A DNA stretch of 64,000 nucleotides from NCBI RefSeq assembly GCF_963921235.1, contig NC_086108.1, positions 41,542,001-41,606,000 on the forward strand, given 5' to 3'. The stretch is from Mobula hypostoma (taxonomy: Eukaryota). Shown in pieces: positions 62,112-64,000 of this stretch. The notes below the pieces were generated by a model that saw only the letters and a list, made by a program, of their open reading frames with translations, was not told the origin of the DNA and searched no databases. Positions within the stretch are counted from its first letter, which is position 1. Each line of letters opens with the position of its first letter. Both the position numbers and the translations under genes were made by a program.

Positions 62112-62428
62112 TTTTTTTTGGCATCCATTAGTCTTGCGAGACCATGGATCTGCGCCTGGAAAGTCTTCGCTCTCCAGGGCGCAGGCCTGGGCAAGGTTGT
62201 ATGGAAGACCAGCAGTTGCCCATGCTGCAAGTCTCCCCTGTCTTCGACACCAATGTTGTCCAAGGGAATGGCAATAGGACCCATACAGCTTGGCACCAGT
62301 GTTGTCACAGAGCAATGTGTGATTAAGTGCCTTGCTCAAGGACATAACACGTTCCCTCGGCTGGGGCTCGAACTCACGACCTTCAGGTAGCTAGTCCAAT
62401 GCCTTAACCACTTGGCTACGTGCCCACA
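62112..62428 (-). mobile_element. tRNA-derived SINE with RTE-related body
   Basis: Minus-strand A box tagccaagtgg (62408-62418), B box gttcgagcc (62365-62373), then gtccttgagcaaggcactt; body similar to the RTE leader at 26950-27030; A tail at 62112-62119. Confidence 0.88.
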
Positions 62429-63421
62429 CTCAGTCACCACCTTATTAGGTGCAAGAGGTATGTAATAAAGTAGCCAGATATTTTTGTATGTTCATGGTCT
62501 TCTGCTGCTGTAGCCCATCCACTTCAATCTTCGACGTGTTGTGCATTCAAAGAAGCTCTTCTGTACACCACACGTAGTTATTTAAGTTGCTGTCACCTCT
62601 CTGCCAGCTTGAATCAGTCTAGTCATTCTTTACTGGACTAGACTGTTTAATTGTTGTTTTCTTTGGAGCTTAACAGCTTACCTGCTAGTATTTTTTAATA
62701 ACTACTTACAGGATATACATGTAACTGTTTAGTATGTTTCCTAGTGGTCACAGTATGTTTATGCAGTTGTTCAGTGTGTCCCCTAATGGTAAGCTGTGGA
62801 AGCTTCCTTTGGTGTTACATTATTTGAATACGGACTATCAGATTGGATATCCCTTATCCGCAAATTTGCATGGAATGCTTCTCATCTATGGAGTATAAAA
62901 AGAGCTCACCATGTGGCAGTTCCATCTTTCTTCTTTTTGTTTCTTTCTCCCTTCACTTACTAAATCACCACCACTGTCCGTTTTTAATTTTTTTTCTGTT
63001 AACGCTTAATAAAGTTATTATGAAGCAACAAGTTTTGTGCCTCATTCCTGACTTCTAAAATCATCGGAGTCTAACACCTCTGACTGCTCTCATTAACAAG
63101 GCATTTTTGCTGACAGAGTTGTTGCTCACTGGAATTTTTAAATGTATTTTGCACATTTCCTTGGAAATCTAGAGACTGTTGTGCACAGAACTCCCAGGAG
63201 ATCAGCTGTTTCTGAGATACTCAGATAACCCCATATAGCACCAACAATTATTCCATGATCCAAGTCACTTAGATTACATTTCTTCCCCATCCTGAAGTTT
63301 GGTCTGAATACCAGCTGAAATCCTCGACGATGTCTGCATGCTTTTATGCTTTAACTTGCTGCACATGATTGGCTGGTAAATATTAACAAGCAAGTGTACC
63401 TAATAAAGTGGCCACTGAGTG
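62427..63421. mobile_element. Non-autonomous Tc1/mariner-like element, probably with an internal insertion (~62640-63090)
   Basis: Imperfect TIRs cactcagtcaccaccttattaggtgca / tgtacctaataaagtggccactgagtg followed by TA at 63422-63423. Confidence 0.75.
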
Positions 63422-64000
63422 TATTTTTGAGTGAGTAAGGTCCAGATTTCTATTACATGCAATAAGTGTTGTCCAATGTCCTTCCAAGTGGCCAAGCTCA
63501 AATTTTAAGATTATTCTCGCTTTCTTCCAAAGATGGATACGGGGAGACTTTCTGATGTTTCTGGTGAATATTCGTCTATTAGTAGAATGTGAATGTCAAG
63601 TACGCACTGAGTAATATAAAAAACTTGAGTTTATGATTGCTGAGACTGTGCAGAATAATATCATTTTGCTCCCCTAATCTTTTGATGCAGTCTGTGGGAG
63701 TAAAGTTTACCGGCACATTTTTATATATTTTGGAGTCAATTACTACAGCAACTTGGCAGCCTGTTGATCTGTTTCAGGCTATGATTTATTTCCTAAGCAG
63801 CTATTGCCAGTCATAGAGTCTTGTCAGCAGACTTAGGGGAGCAAAGGCAAGAAACATTTAGTGACTAAAGTTGTCATAACTGGGCCACAACAAGAATGGT
63901 ACCATTATTCACATAGTAATGATGAGTATGGCATTGGTGAGAATTGCACACATAAGCAATATTATTTGATCCCTGGGGAAAACAAAGCAAGAGCAAGTTA

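Noticed and set aside
62350..62428. tRNA gene
   Set aside because: A/B boxes are present but continue into a SINE body and tail; I could not form a convincing cloverleaf acceptor stem.

Overview
This is vertebrate non-coding DNA (intergenic or a large intron). The repeat content points to a cartilaginous fish, probably a batoid/ray; this is an inference from abundant CR1/HER1-like LINEs, Penelope-like elements, SacSINE1-like DeuSINEs, V-SINEs and Rex/Babar LINEs. I recognise no host protein-coding gene, rRNA, true tRNA or CRISPR array. Every interpretable ORF in the track is a transposon fragment: CR1 RT and ORF1, Penelope RT/GIY-YIG, Rex-Babar, RTE, Nimb RNase H, hAT BED finger, Tigger HTH; Gypsy gag/integrase remnants were found by hand translation. 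Most notable points: (1) a 2-copy non-autonomous DNA transposon with 6-bp TSDs and a nested 93-bp mini-unit; (2) a hAT element whose intact BED-finger ORF is bounded by consensus splice sites; (3) several decayed minimal hammerhead ribozymes in Penelope termini; (4) a Gypsy remnant with a second PBS after its 3' LTR; (5) a 51-bp-stem hairpin insertion; (6) a CpG-retaining AT-rich patch with a candidate exon; (7) a MEIS/HOX motif cluster. I cannot claim a new biological system from sequence alone. Family names come from motif recognition, not database searches, and boundaries of decayed elements are approximate.
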